From UHGV virus genome UHGV-0183637: a stretch of DNA of 36,660 nucleotides; one strand, written 5' to 3'. The position numbers were made by a program, and so were the translations under genes. Every line of letters starts with the position of its first letter. Positions within the stretch are counted from its first letter, which is position 1. Below, piece by piece: positions 8,341-15,605 of the stretch. The DNA comes from a virus. The notes under the pieces were generated by a model that saw only the letters and a program-made list of their open reading frames with translations, did no database searches and was not told the DNA's origin.

Positions 8341-8419
8341 TGAATCTGAGGAAGTTTATTTATGAATATCGCCAAGCAAAAAAAATTCGCCCGCGAAATT
8401 AATCTGACAATCGTTTGTT

Positions 8420-8638
8420 TTAATCGTCTTGCGACCAGTTTTCAATCGACAGCAGATGTTCATCCAGCGCCGCAGCCAGAACGAACTCCCCACGTTCCTG
8501 AAGGCCGTGCTGGAAGTTGCGTAATTCAGAATCCAGGGCGCTGAGGTTCAGACAGCCATTTTCTGAAAGCTGTTTAACCAGAAAGCTCCACGCAGCTTTG
8601 TTAGCAGTAATTGCTGCCGCAATTTCATCATCAATCAT
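8420..8638 (-). CDS. Small acidic protein on the opposite strand (72 aa)
   Basis: Minus-strand ORF with AGGAG RBS about 7 nt upstream and host-like codon usage (CTG, GAA, GCG rich). 13 Asp/Glu versus 4 Lys/Arg, C-terminal ...IENWSQDD. One of only two minus-strand genes inside the prophage. Confidence 0.6.
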   Translation of the reverse strand: MIDDEIAAAITANKAAWSFLVKQLSENGCLNLSALDSELRNFQHGLQERGEFVLAAALDEHLLSIENWSQDD

Positions 8639-8726
8639 TTTTTAACTCCTGATTGGGCATGTTGGGGCAGCGATTATGACAAGTGTCTTGCGGTTATAAG
8701 TTGATCAAAAACAATGAGTTACAACC

Positions 8727-9437
8727 ATGAAAGATAAATACATTGCCAAAATCAAAAAACTGTTACGCCTTGCCAGAGGAACATCAAGCCCGGAAGAAGC
8801 CGCTAACGCTATTGCAAAAGCCCAGGCCTACATGCGCCAGCATGGCATCAGCGAAAACGACGCGGAATTGTTCGACATTCAGGAAGCTGCCAGCGCGGGT
8901 GCGCCGAGTGATGCCAGTACGCCGCCGCGTTATATGCACATCCTGTGTGACCTGGTCTGTAAAGCCTTCGGTGTCGAGTGTTACATCTCCGGCGAATACC
9001 GGGCTTCTGGTTCACTCAAACGTTACGTGCGTTTTTATGGTCCTGACAGCCGCCCGGAGATTGCGGCCTACGCGTTTGATGTGCTTTCCCGTCAGATGAT
9101 GGCTGAACGTAAAAAATATCAGGATAAACACTGCAAACGTTGTGGTCCGTCCACGCGGGTAGCCCGTGGCGACCAGTTCTGCGAAGGCTGGGTCTTTGGT
9201 GCCCGTGATGTCATTGCGGTGTATGACGTCTCCCCGGAAGAAAAAAGCCGCCTTGAGCTTTACAGAAAGAACCTGCACAGCACTAAGGGGTTGCGCGACG
9301 GGGATATGCGCACAGCTAAAGCGTGCCGGGGTGCAGAGTTTGCCGCTACAGCCGGTTTTATCGCCGGGAAAAACGCCAGGCTGCATCAGGGGGTTAATGG
9401 TCAGAGCAACAGACCGCTGGCACTGGGGAGGGTGTAA
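8727..9437 (+). CDS. DUF2786-like phage protein
   Basis: 236 aa; N-terminus KIKKLLRLARGTSSPEEAANAIAKAQAYMRQHGI resembles the conserved N-terminal helix of DUF2786-family phage proteins (from memory). Confidence 0.65.
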   Translation: MKDKYIAKIKKLLRLARGTSSPEEAANAIAKAQAYMRQHGISENDAELFDIQEAASAGAPSDASTPPRYMHILCDLVCKAFGVECYISGEYRASGSLKRYVRFYGPDSRPEIAAYAFDVLSRQMMAERKKYQDKHCKRCGPSTRVARGDQFCEGWVFGARDVIAVYDVSPEEKSRLELYRKNLHSTKGLRDGDMRTAKACRGAEFAATAGFIAGKNARLHQGVNGQSNRPLALGRV

Positions 9438-9439
9438 CG

Positions 9440-9667
9440 ATGGCTTTTAAACTTCTCAGTGTTACCGAAGCAATATACCAGCCGCCCGGAGAACGCCACG
9501 AATACAGGATGAATGACGGTAGCGCGGTGGTTGAGTTCCCCGGATATCCGGGGGCTTCCCGGTGGCGGTTCTATGACAGTGCGGGACGCCGGATTATTAA
9601 AAGAACCGTGCACAACGCCATGAAAGCCGCTGTAGAACGTCACAAAAGAAGGTTTAACTGCAAATGA
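9440..9667 (+). CDS. Hypothetical small protein
   Basis: 75 aa; GGGAGGG RBS upstream; first of four tightly coupled small ORFs. Confidence 0.55.
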   Translation: MAFKLLSVTEAIYQPPGERHEYRMNDGSAVVEFPGYPGASRWRFYDSAGRRIIKRTVHNAMKAAVERHKRRFNCK

Positions 9668-9888
9668 ATATTGAATTTTATGACTACGGAGTCACCGCAA
9701 AAATCATTGTTACCTGCTGGTTCTGGGAGTTCCGCCGCTATTGCCGGGTTGTGGATGCGACGCTGTTTGTGGCTCCTGAAGTGCGCCACCAGAGTGGCGG
9801 TGGCCTTTTAATGAAAACCGTCATCACCGGTAAAACGGTTCCGATGTTACGGGCGTTTAAAGTGGCAAAACAGGAGGCTGCACAATGA
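9664..9888 (+). CDS. Hypothetical small protein
   Basis: 74 aa; ATGA start/stop overlap with the preceding ORF. Confidence 0.5.
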   Translation: MNIEFYDYGVTAKIIVTCWFWEFRRYCRVVDATLFVAPEVRHQSGGGLLMKTVITGKTVPMLRAFKVAKQEAAQ

Positions 9889-10076
9889 GTAACGAGCACA
9901 TCCATCATTATCAGCGTGATGGGTCAATTTTCATATGCCAGCGTTGCGGCACAGCAAAGCATCGTAATGGTAAATACTGGTGGGCCGGTCGCTATTCAGA
10001 ATCTGAACCACCATGTGGTGATGATGTTGTGGGGCAGGATGCGTGGTTTGAAACTGCAAAAAGCGAGGAAGGATGA
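9885..10076 (+). CDS. Hypothetical small Cys-containing protein
   Basis: 63 aa; ATGA overlap with the preceding ORF; CQRCG plus a further Cys suggest a possible zinc-ribbon. Confidence 0.5.
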   Translation: MSNEHIHHYQRDGSIFICQRCGTAKHRNGKYWWAGRYSESEPPCGDDVVGQDAWFETAKSEEG

Positions 10077-10077
10077 G

Positions 10078-10257
10078 ATGAAAAACCGTAAAGCAAGACT
10101 GCTGATAGCAAAGCCAGGGCAGCGTATCCGTATCTCAAACAGGCTTGTTATTCGTTATGCGCCTTCTGGCCTTGCACGATGGTTACCAACGCATTTTTAC
10201 GGTGCCGGGCGACGTAGAAGTGCAGCACAAAACCGCTGGAAAAATCACGGTATGTAA
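10078..10257 (+). CDS. Hypothetical small basic protein
   Basis: ATG at 10078 after AGGAAGGA, immediately after the previous stop; 59 aa, Arg/Lys rich. The track ORF 9916..10257 is the same frame extended upstream. Confidence 0.45.
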   Translation: MKNRKARLLIAKPGQRIRISNRLVIRYAPSGLARWLPTHFYGAGRRRSAAQNRWKNHGM

Positions 10258-10269
10258 AGGCGGTACCAG

Positions 10270-10680
10270 GTGAAGAAAATGATTTTTGTGGCGGCATTGC
10301 TGACCATTACCCAACAGGCGCAGGCTTCAGCAGTTATTGTGGCATCTACTGCTGCGACCACTGCTGCCGCAGCTGCTGCGAACTCTGCGAATATCGCAAA
10401 CCAACAGGCACAGCGTGCTGCTAATGCATCAGCCAGTGCTCTCCCGATTTCTGTTAAGGACAGTAAGCAAAATCTGGGGTTCATAACGTGCGGTAAGCGT
10501 TCTTCTGAAGCTGTAGGCTCACTGGGATGTACGGTATATGGCGACAGTGAGAGCAGAGAAATTCCATGGAAAACGTGGCCCGGATACGTTCTTGGCTCGA
10601 AGCTCCCGGCCAGTTATGAGGTAAACGCTGTGTCGTTTGACCACTATAACGGTGTGGCAACTGTCTATTTCACATACTGA
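10270..10680 (+). CDS. Secreted alanine-rich protein (signal peptide)
   Basis: N-terminus MKKMIFVAALLTITQQAQA then ASAV...; low-complexity Ala/Thr/Asn stretch; C-terminal half has two Cys. Confidence 0.6.
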   Translation: MKKMIFVAALLTITQQAQASAVIVASTAATTAAAAAANSANIANQQAQRAANASASALPISVKDSKQNLGFITCGKRSSEAVGSLGCTVYGDSESREIPWKTWPGYVLGSKLPASYEVNAVSFDHYNGVATVYFTY

Positions 10681-10779
10681 GTCCCGGCATGAAATTTTCT
10701 GAATCACGGAGTAACAACTCGATGAAAACTATCACCGTAACGGTTGAAATCGACGTTCCTGATAACGCGGGGTGAAAAT

Positions 10780-11031
10780 ATGAGATGGGTTGACCTTTTT
10801 ATTATCGCTCTGATTGTTACGGGTATTGCGCTTTGTGTGACAACTAACAAGGCTTCTGATGATGCGAAAAATGGGCATTGCGTGGTAAAGAGAAATTTCA
10901 TCAAAACCATTACGCATTGTGATGATGGAAGCGCCACCATGACCGACGGAGATAAGTTTATTTATTGCTCTGCGGGGAAAAATGGCACGCCATCCTGTCA
11001 TGAAGTGACGCTCGGTGATGGTGATAAATAA
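10780..11031 (+). CDS. Small membrane-anchored Cys-rich protein
   Basis: ATG at 10780 (MRWVDLFIIALIVTGIALCVTTNK...), N-terminal hydrophobic anchor then a soluble part with five Cys. Confidence 0.55.
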   Translation: MRWVDLFIIALIVTGIALCVTTNKASDDAKNGHCVVKRNFIKTITHCDDGSATMTDGDKFIYCSAGKNGTPSCHEVTLGDGDK

Positions 11032-11064
11032 TTCACCATATTGAGTAGATAATAACCATGTGTA

Positions 11065-11108
11065 GACCAAAACATATGTTTTGGTCTGCCAAAAGTAATG
11101 TTTTGGTC
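11065..11108. promoter_or_regulatory. Tandem dyad operator-like sites (perfect 22-bp palindrome plus half-site repeat)
   Basis: GACCAAAACATATGTTTTGGTC (11065..11086) is a perfect palindrome; second imperfect site gCCAAAAGtaATGTTTTGGTC (11088..11108) about 22 bp centre to centre; immediately upstream of ATG 11112. Confidence 0.5.
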
Positions 11109-11111
11109 ATT

Positions 11112-11390
11112 ATGAAAATTGAACAAATCGGAATGGCAGCCTTCCGGCAGCAGGCTGAAAGCGGTGGCGTGGATGAGTTCGTCGTGCAGCGGTTCGGTGG
11201 TGTGTATCACCTCTTCGCTGTGAATCGCCACGCCGGGGTGTCCTATTTTCTACAGGAACGCCGTGGCGATTACAAGACGTGGCTGTCTCTTGACCGTGCC
11301 GCCGCGTTCCTGTCGGGGATTGGTGTTTCACGTTTTACCGTGCGTTTTGAGGATAACAAACATGCTGAAAAAGATGATCGGAGCCATTAA
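11112..11390 (+). CDS. Hypothetical protein
   Basis: ATG at 11112 directly downstream of the palindromic sites; 92 aa; weak RBS; overlaps the GemA-like start by 29 nt. Confidence 0.45.
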   Translation: MKIEQIGMAAFRQQAESGGVDEFVVQRFGGVYHLFAVNRHAGVSYFLQERRGDYKTWLSLDRAAAFLSGIGVSRFTVRFEDNKHAEKDDRSH

Positions 11391-11760
11391 AGCCGGTCAG
11401 GCGTATCTGGGGTGGGATGATGCCCTTTATCGTCAGACGCTGGCCCGCCTGACCGGTAAAACCAGCACCACACGCTGCAACCTCGATGAACTGCGCATCA
11501 TCCGGGAATACATGCATGAACAGGGATTTCCGCGTAAGGCACCCGCCGGTAAAGGTCGCCGCCCCCGTGTTGCAATGAGCAGAAAATCGATATTATCCAA
11601 AATTGAAGCGTTGCTGGCTGATGCCGGTCGTTCCTGGGCGTATGCAGAAGGACTGGCATCTCACATGTATAAGCAACATGTGATCGAATGGCTGACAGAT
11701 GATCAACTGTTTGGGGTGATGGTGGCGCTGGTTAAAGATTCAAGAAGGAGAAATCAATGA
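11362..11760 (+). CDS. GemA-like regulatory protein (Mu gp16 family)
   Basis: ATG at 11362 after GAGGA; MLKKMIGAIKAGQAYLGWDDALYRQTLARLTGKTSTTRCNLDELRIIREYMHEQGF resembles the GemA family and sits upstream of the Mor/C-family gene, as in Mu. Confidence 0.7.
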   Translation: MLKKMIGAIKAGQAYLGWDDALYRQTLARLTGKTSTTRCNLDELRIIREYMHEQGFPRKAPAGKGRRPRVAMSRKSILSKIEALLADAGRSWAYAEGLASHMYKQHVIEWLTDDQLFGVMVALVKDSRRRNQ

Positions 11761-12233
11761 TGAAAAAATGGTTGTTTTGTTTAGTAGGAGTTATTTTCTC
11801 TTGTTCTGCGCTGGCTCAGACAGAGGAACAGGCGCAAAAAGAACTGAAACGTTATCAGGATATGAAGCCATTGGCTGAACAGATGCTTCGGGAAAGTGGA
11901 AAACTTTATTACGCTATGCCAGCGGCAGCATCGCAGTACCAGCAGGGGAATATTGAAGAGTGGAAGAATATCAAAAAAGGACTAAAACAACTGGATGAAC
12001 AGGCCAGTAAACTGGGGGACGACCCGCTTGATCCTGTGTATGGTTCCTGCATAAAAATGAAAAACCAGCTACAGGATTACTGGTCTAACGTTATCAGGGA
12101 TGACAGGCAGTTTCTGGAACGTTCAAGAAATCAGTTTAAAGAATATCGTATGGATTGTTTTGATTCGTTTGTTTTTGGTAAAGAGCAAATAGAATCAAGA
12201 AAAGGCCTGGTTATTCTAGACCTGACTAAATAA
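11757..12233 (+). CDS. Secreted (periplasmic) protein of unknown function
   Basis: ATGA overlap with the GemA-like stop; signal peptide MMKKWLFCLVGVIFSCSALA then QTEE; AT-rich codon usage; followed by a rho-independent terminator. Confidence 0.65.
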   Translation: MMKKWLFCLVGVIFSCSALAQTEEQAQKELKRYQDMKPLAEQMLRESGKLYYAMPAAASQYQQGNIEEWKNIKKGLKQLDEQASKLGDDPLDPVYGSCIKMKNQLQDYWSNVIRDDRQFLERSRNQFKEYRMDCFDSFVFGKEQIESRKGLVILDLTK

Positions 12234-12245
12234 GACTTAGTTTAG

Positions 12246-12270
12246 CCCCTGCCATGCAGGGGATTTTTTT
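12246..12270 (+). terminator. Rho-independent terminator
   Basis: CCCCTGC-cat-GCAGGGG stem-loop followed by ATTTTTTT. Confidence 0.7.
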
Positions 12271-12275
12271 GTGGT

Positions 12276-12304
12276 CTGTACAGGCGATCATGTATGGCTA
12301 TAAT
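12276..12304 (+). promoter_or_regulatory. Putative promoter of the Mor/C-family gene (-10 TATAAT at 12299..12304, weak -35)
   Basis: Perfect TATAAT hexamer 30 nt upstream of the start codon; no good TTGACA 17 bp upstream, consistent with an activator-dependent promoter. Confidence 0.35.
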
Positions 12305-12333
12305 AACAGTAAGTTACTACCGGAGACGCCATC

Positions 12334-12801
12334 ATGCAGACCTTCAGTGAAACAGATCTTCGCGATGCGCAGGCACTGCTGCCCGATTCCGTGCAGCAAC
12401 TGATTAGCGTGATTGGCTTCCCCGCCCTGACCCGGTTAATCCGTTCTTTTGGTGGCGTGACGTTAAGCGGTAAAACCGGCGCACACGCCGAACGAACCGG
12501 CGGTGTCCATGCCCTGTTACATGATGTGCTGACCGAAGACGAAATCAACAAACTGATCCGCTTTCTTGGCGGTGCACCGTTTTACATTCCCCGTTGCGAT
12601 CATGCGTTACGTGCCCTGCGTAACACCCGTTTTATGGCTGATTTACAGCAGCATGTAAAAGACGGATGCTCACACCGGCAGGCGCTGGCACTGCTCTGTC
12701 CCCGTTACGGGATTTCAGACCGGTATGCATGGCAACTGATACACCGACGACAAAAACAGACTTCGCTGAAAAGCCCCACCCAGGTGGGGCTTTTTGATTA
12801 A
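12334..12801 (+). CDS. Mor/C-family transcriptional activator
   Basis: 155 aa; FLGGAPFYIPRCDHALRALRN matches the GG..YIPR signature of Mu Mor/C, with a C-terminal HTH (YGISDRYAWQLIHRR). GGAGA RBS 7 nt upstream. A GC-rich stem-loop plus T-run overlaps the 3' end. Confidence 0.8.
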   Translation: MQTFSETDLRDAQALLPDSVQQLISVIGFPALTRLIRSFGGVTLSGKTGAHAERTGGVHALLHDVLTEDEINKLIRFLGGAPFYIPRCDHALRALRNTRFMADLQQHVKDGCSHRQALALLCPRYGISDRYAWQLIHRRQKQTSLKSPTQVGLFD

Positions 12802-12828
12802 TGAGACTAAGAAAAAAGGAGGCACGAA

Positions 12829-13116
12829 ATGATGAGTTCTGACACCAATATCGACTACGCAGCACTCGGTGAATATACCGCATTTTCAGACAAGGCCCGG
12901 GATGCAGCCCGTCGCCGACATGCTGAGATGTGTAATTTATCCAGTTATCTGGCGAGACAGGCCCAAAGCCCGGAGTCAGAAACGAATCATAATGAAGTGC
13001 TGTCAGCCGTAAACAGAATGATTGACGCAGAACGGGAAATGCGTAATGCCGTGGAAAGAGCTAACCTGCTGGCGCGGGCATGTTATAAGCCACCATTAAA
13101 ACTCGCTTCTCTTTAA
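12829..13116 (+). CDS. Hypothetical protein
   Basis: Strong RBS AAGGAGG; 95 aa; charged, probably helical. Confidence 0.55.
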   Translation: MMSSDTNIDYAALGEYTAFSDKARDAARRRHAEMCNLSSYLARQAQSPESETNHNEVLSAVNRMIDAEREMRNAVERANLLARACYKPPLKLASL

Positions 13117-13143
13117 CCCATCCAGATAATCAACCTGCCGGGG

Positions 13144-13156
13144 GTGCTGAACACCC
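13144..13156 (+). promoter_or_regulatory. Conserved 13-mer GTGCTGAACACCC, copy A (putative late promoter/activator site upstream of the lysis genes)
   Basis: Exact 13-mer shared with 20702 and 32651; the extended dyad GGGTG-CTGAA-CACCC and following CAGCAGTACCC resemble copy B. Confidence 0.5.
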
Positions 13157-13303
13157 CCAGCAGTACCCACCACACCAGACCGTTTACCCTGTCCACTCAG
13201 ACCACAAGGCACCTTAAGGGATAGCGCCCTGCAAAAGGCTTTTGTGCCTTTGACAGGGTGTTATTTACGGGCCGTCAGTGGCTCAGATTTACAGGAGAAA
13301 CTC

Positions 13304-13717
13304 ATGTCTGAACCCTTATCAGGCGGCGGAGCTGTGGCAGTCACCATCGGTGGTGCCAGTGTGTTTGGTCTTCTCACCAATACCGATTTCGGGGTTGTGG
13401 TGGGCGCGTTTGCCGGGGCGCTTTTTGTTGTCACGCAGCAGAAAGAAATCCCGGTATGGCGAATGGCTATTCACCTGCTCGTCGCGTTTGTGGTTGGCGT
13501 TCTGGGGGCTGGCGTGGCTGCGTCACTGATGCAGTGGCTGACCCACTACAACGACAAGCCGCTCGATGCATTGTGTGCGGTCGGTGTCTCGGCATTATCC
13601 ATCAAGATACTGACCTTTTTTTATCAGCAGGAAATCAAAGTCCTGCTCGGTATGTTCTCAAAACTGTTCAACCTCGTATCAAAGTTGTGCGGTGGAGGGG
13701 GTGAAAATGGAAAGTAG
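13304..13717 (+). CDS. Holin-like multi-pass membrane protein
   Basis: ATG at 13304 after CAGGAGA; 137 aa with several Gly/Ala/Val-rich hydrophobic segments; first gene of the lysis cluster. Confidence 0.55.
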   Translation: MSEPLSGGGAVAVTIGGASVFGLLTNTDFGVVVGAFAGALFVVTQQKEIPVWRMAIHLLVAFVVGVLGAGVAASLMQWLTHYNDKPLDALCAVGVSALSIKILTFFYQQEIKVLLGMFSKLFNLVSKLCGGGGENGK

Positions 13718-14003
13718 CTTTGCCGGTATTGTGAACGTCTGGCTGTGTCTCGCCATTGTGCTGGGGTTGTTTATGTATCGCCGCCACGGCGCAGCGCATA
13801 AACCAATGATTACCTGGCTGGCGTACTGGCTGATGCTCGGCTACGGCGTCATCCCGCTCCTCTGGCTGACGGGGTCACATACGCACTCCAGCTGGCTGGC
13901 GGTGGCACTGAATCTGGTTTTCTGTGCGCTTATCGTGTGGGCGCGCGGGAATTTGTCAAAAATCCTTTCGTTACTGAGGCATCCACATGAAATCAAAAGA
14001 TGA
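13707..14003 (+). CDS. Small membrane protein (holin/antiholin-like)
   Basis: ATG at 13707 after GGAGGGGG; 98 aa with about three predicted transmembrane segments; overlaps the endolysin start. Confidence 0.55.
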   Translation: MESSFAGIVNVWLCLAIVLGLFMYRRHGAAHKPMITWLAYWLMLGYGVIPLLWLTGSHTHSSWLAVALNLVFCALIVWARGNLSKILSLLRHPHEIKR

Positions 14004-14532
14004 CATTTTTGATGAAGTCCTGGGCAAAGAAGGCGGTTACGTCAATCACCCGGATGATAAGGGCGGCCCGACCAAATGGGGCATTACGGAAAAAGTCGCC
14101 CGCGCCCACGGATACCGTGGCGATATGCGTGAGTTAACCCGCGAACAGGCGCTGGATATCCTTGAAGCCGATTACTGGTATGGCCCGCGATTTGACCAGG
14201 TCGCCGCATTATCCCCTGATATTGCCGCAGAGCTGTGTGATACTGGTGTGAATATGGGGCCAACCGTGGCGTCCAGAATGCTTCAGCGCTGGCTGAACGT
14301 TTTCAACCTGCGCGGCAGGCTGTACCCGGATATGGATACAGACGGACGCATCGGACCTCGCACCATCAGTGCATTGCGCGCCTTCCTGAATAATCGCGGT
14401 CAGGACGGTGAGCGGGTGATGCTGACGGCCCTGAACTGCACGCAGGGTGACCGCTATCTGGAACTGGCAGAGAAACGCGAGGCTAACGAATCGTTTGTTT
14501 ATGGCTGGCTGAAGGAGCGCGTGGCGGTATGA
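13987..14532 (+). CDS. Endolysin, GH108-type with peptidoglycan-binding domain
   Basis: N-terminus EGGYVNHPDDKGGPTKWGIT matches the GH108 signature as I recall it; 181 aa; located between membrane proteins and a small lipoprotein. Confidence 0.8.
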   Translation: MKSKDDIFDEVLGKEGGYVNHPDDKGGPTKWGITEKVARAHGYRGDMRELTREQALDILEADYWYGPRFDQVAALSPDIAAELCDTGVNMGPTVASRMLQRWLNVFNLRGRLYPDMDTDGRIGPRTISALRAFLNNRGQDGERVMLTALNCTQGDRYLELAEKREANESFVYGWLKERVAV

Positions 14533-14711
14533 CGCGTCAGCACTGGACACACAGAACGCCACGTAAAGCCGCGCGCTGTGTTCTGGCCCTGTTTCTGGTG
14601 ATGTTGCTTCCGGTGGGATGCACAGACATTAACAGGGCGGGCCAGCTGTTTGACGCGGCGGCGCAGGTCTGCCGGATTGTTGACGGCATCCGGCAGTGCT
14701 CACAGAACTGA
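14529..14711 (+). CDS. Small lipoprotein-like protein (possible spanin component)
   Basis: 60 aa; hydrophobic CVLALFLVMLLPVGC followed by a soluble tail; ATGA overlap with the endolysin stop. Confidence 0.4.
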   Translation: MTRQHWTHRTPRKAARCVLALFLVMLLPVGCTDINRAGQLFDAAAQVCRIVDGIRQCSQN

Positions 14712-14732
14712 TTTTTTTAAGGTTTTGCACAA

Positions 14733-15053
14733 ATGAAACAAAAAGAAAACACCGCGATTGCACTGGTGGAAGCCGCTGTTCCCGGGCGTCCCTTTAAGTT
14801 CGGACTGACGCAGGTTGTGGCTTTGCACGTCAGCGGAGAATGCGGGGAAATTAAAGCCCGTACCCAGTATGCAGATGGTGAAAACCGTTATCTGGTTTAT
14901 TACCAGGACGCCCGCAAGGCAGCACAGCTGAAATGGTTTGGCGAGTCCATGCTGGAAATGATTGAGGATATCCGCCATCCCGGAATGCCTGTATTTGCAG
15001 TCACCGAACTACCTGATGGCGCAACGGTTTCAGATACCCGGAAGGGCGTTTGA
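14733..15053 (+). CDS. Hypothetical protein
   Basis: 106 aa; between lysis and terminase genes. Confidence 0.55.
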   Translation: MKQKENTAIALVEAAVPGRPFKFGLTQVVALHVSGECGEIKARTQYADGENRYLVYYQDARKAAQLKWFGESMLEMIEDIRHPGMPVFAVTELPDGATVSDTRKGV

Positions 15054-15553
15054 TGGCGTGGTCACAGGATATCAGGGACAAAGTCCGTAACGGGTACATC
15101 TTTGACCAGCTTCCGCTGGATATCGTCGCCATGAAGTACGCCGTGCCGCACGACACCGCGCGGCGCTGGAAAACGCAGGCGATGAAGAACGGCGACGACT
15201 GGGACAAGCTGCGAGCCGCGCACGCGCTCGCCGGTGACGGGCTGGAAAGTGTCGCCCGCACCGTGCTTATCAGTCTGGTGGTGAAGTGTCAGACGACGCT
15301 TGAACGGCTGAACCAGAACCCGGACATCCCGCCGCAGGAGTCCGTCGAACTGCTGGCGAGTCTGTCTGACAGTCTCAGTAAGGCGGTGGCTAGCAGCAAA
15401 AAAATCCTGCCGGAAACCGACCGGCTCGCCACGGCACTGGAAGTGGTGCAGCGGCTCGGCGCGTTCATCAAGGAGCGTCACCCGGCACAGTATGCCCCGT
15501 TTCTTGAGGTGCTCGAAGGCTTCGCTAAAGAGCTTGAGGATAATTTCAGTTAA
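15050..15553 (+). CDS. Putative terminase small subunit (Mu gp27-like)
   Basis: 167 aa immediately upstream of the terminase large subunit; N-terminal region looks DNA-binding. Call is by position and size. Confidence 0.5.
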   Translation: MMAWSQDIRDKVRNGYIFDQLPLDIVAMKYAVPHDTARRWKTQAMKNGDDWDKLRAAHALAGDGLESVARTVLISLVVKCQTTLERLNQNPDIPPQESVELLASLSDSLSKAVASSKKILPETDRLATALEVVQRLGAFIKERHPAQYAPFLEVLEGFAKELEDNFS

Positions 15554-15605
15554 CCACAGCGGCCCGGTTTTCCGGGCCGTCTGATATTTGTATACCAGGT
15601 GTGAC

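Noticed and set aside
8362-8544. Plus-strand 60-aa ORF as a full-length gene
   Set aside because: Beyond the first ~19 codons it is antisense to the better-supported minus-strand gene 8420..8638 and becomes Pro/Arg-rich. Only a short leader peptide or a regulatory transcript seems plausible; kept as a finding rather than a feature.
12770-12801. Stem-loop plus T-run (GCCCCAC-ccag-GTGGGGC-TTTTT) as a separate terminator feature
   Set aside because: It lies within the last codons of the Mor/C-family ORF. It may act as a terminator or attenuator, but the overlap with coding sequence makes the call ambiguous.
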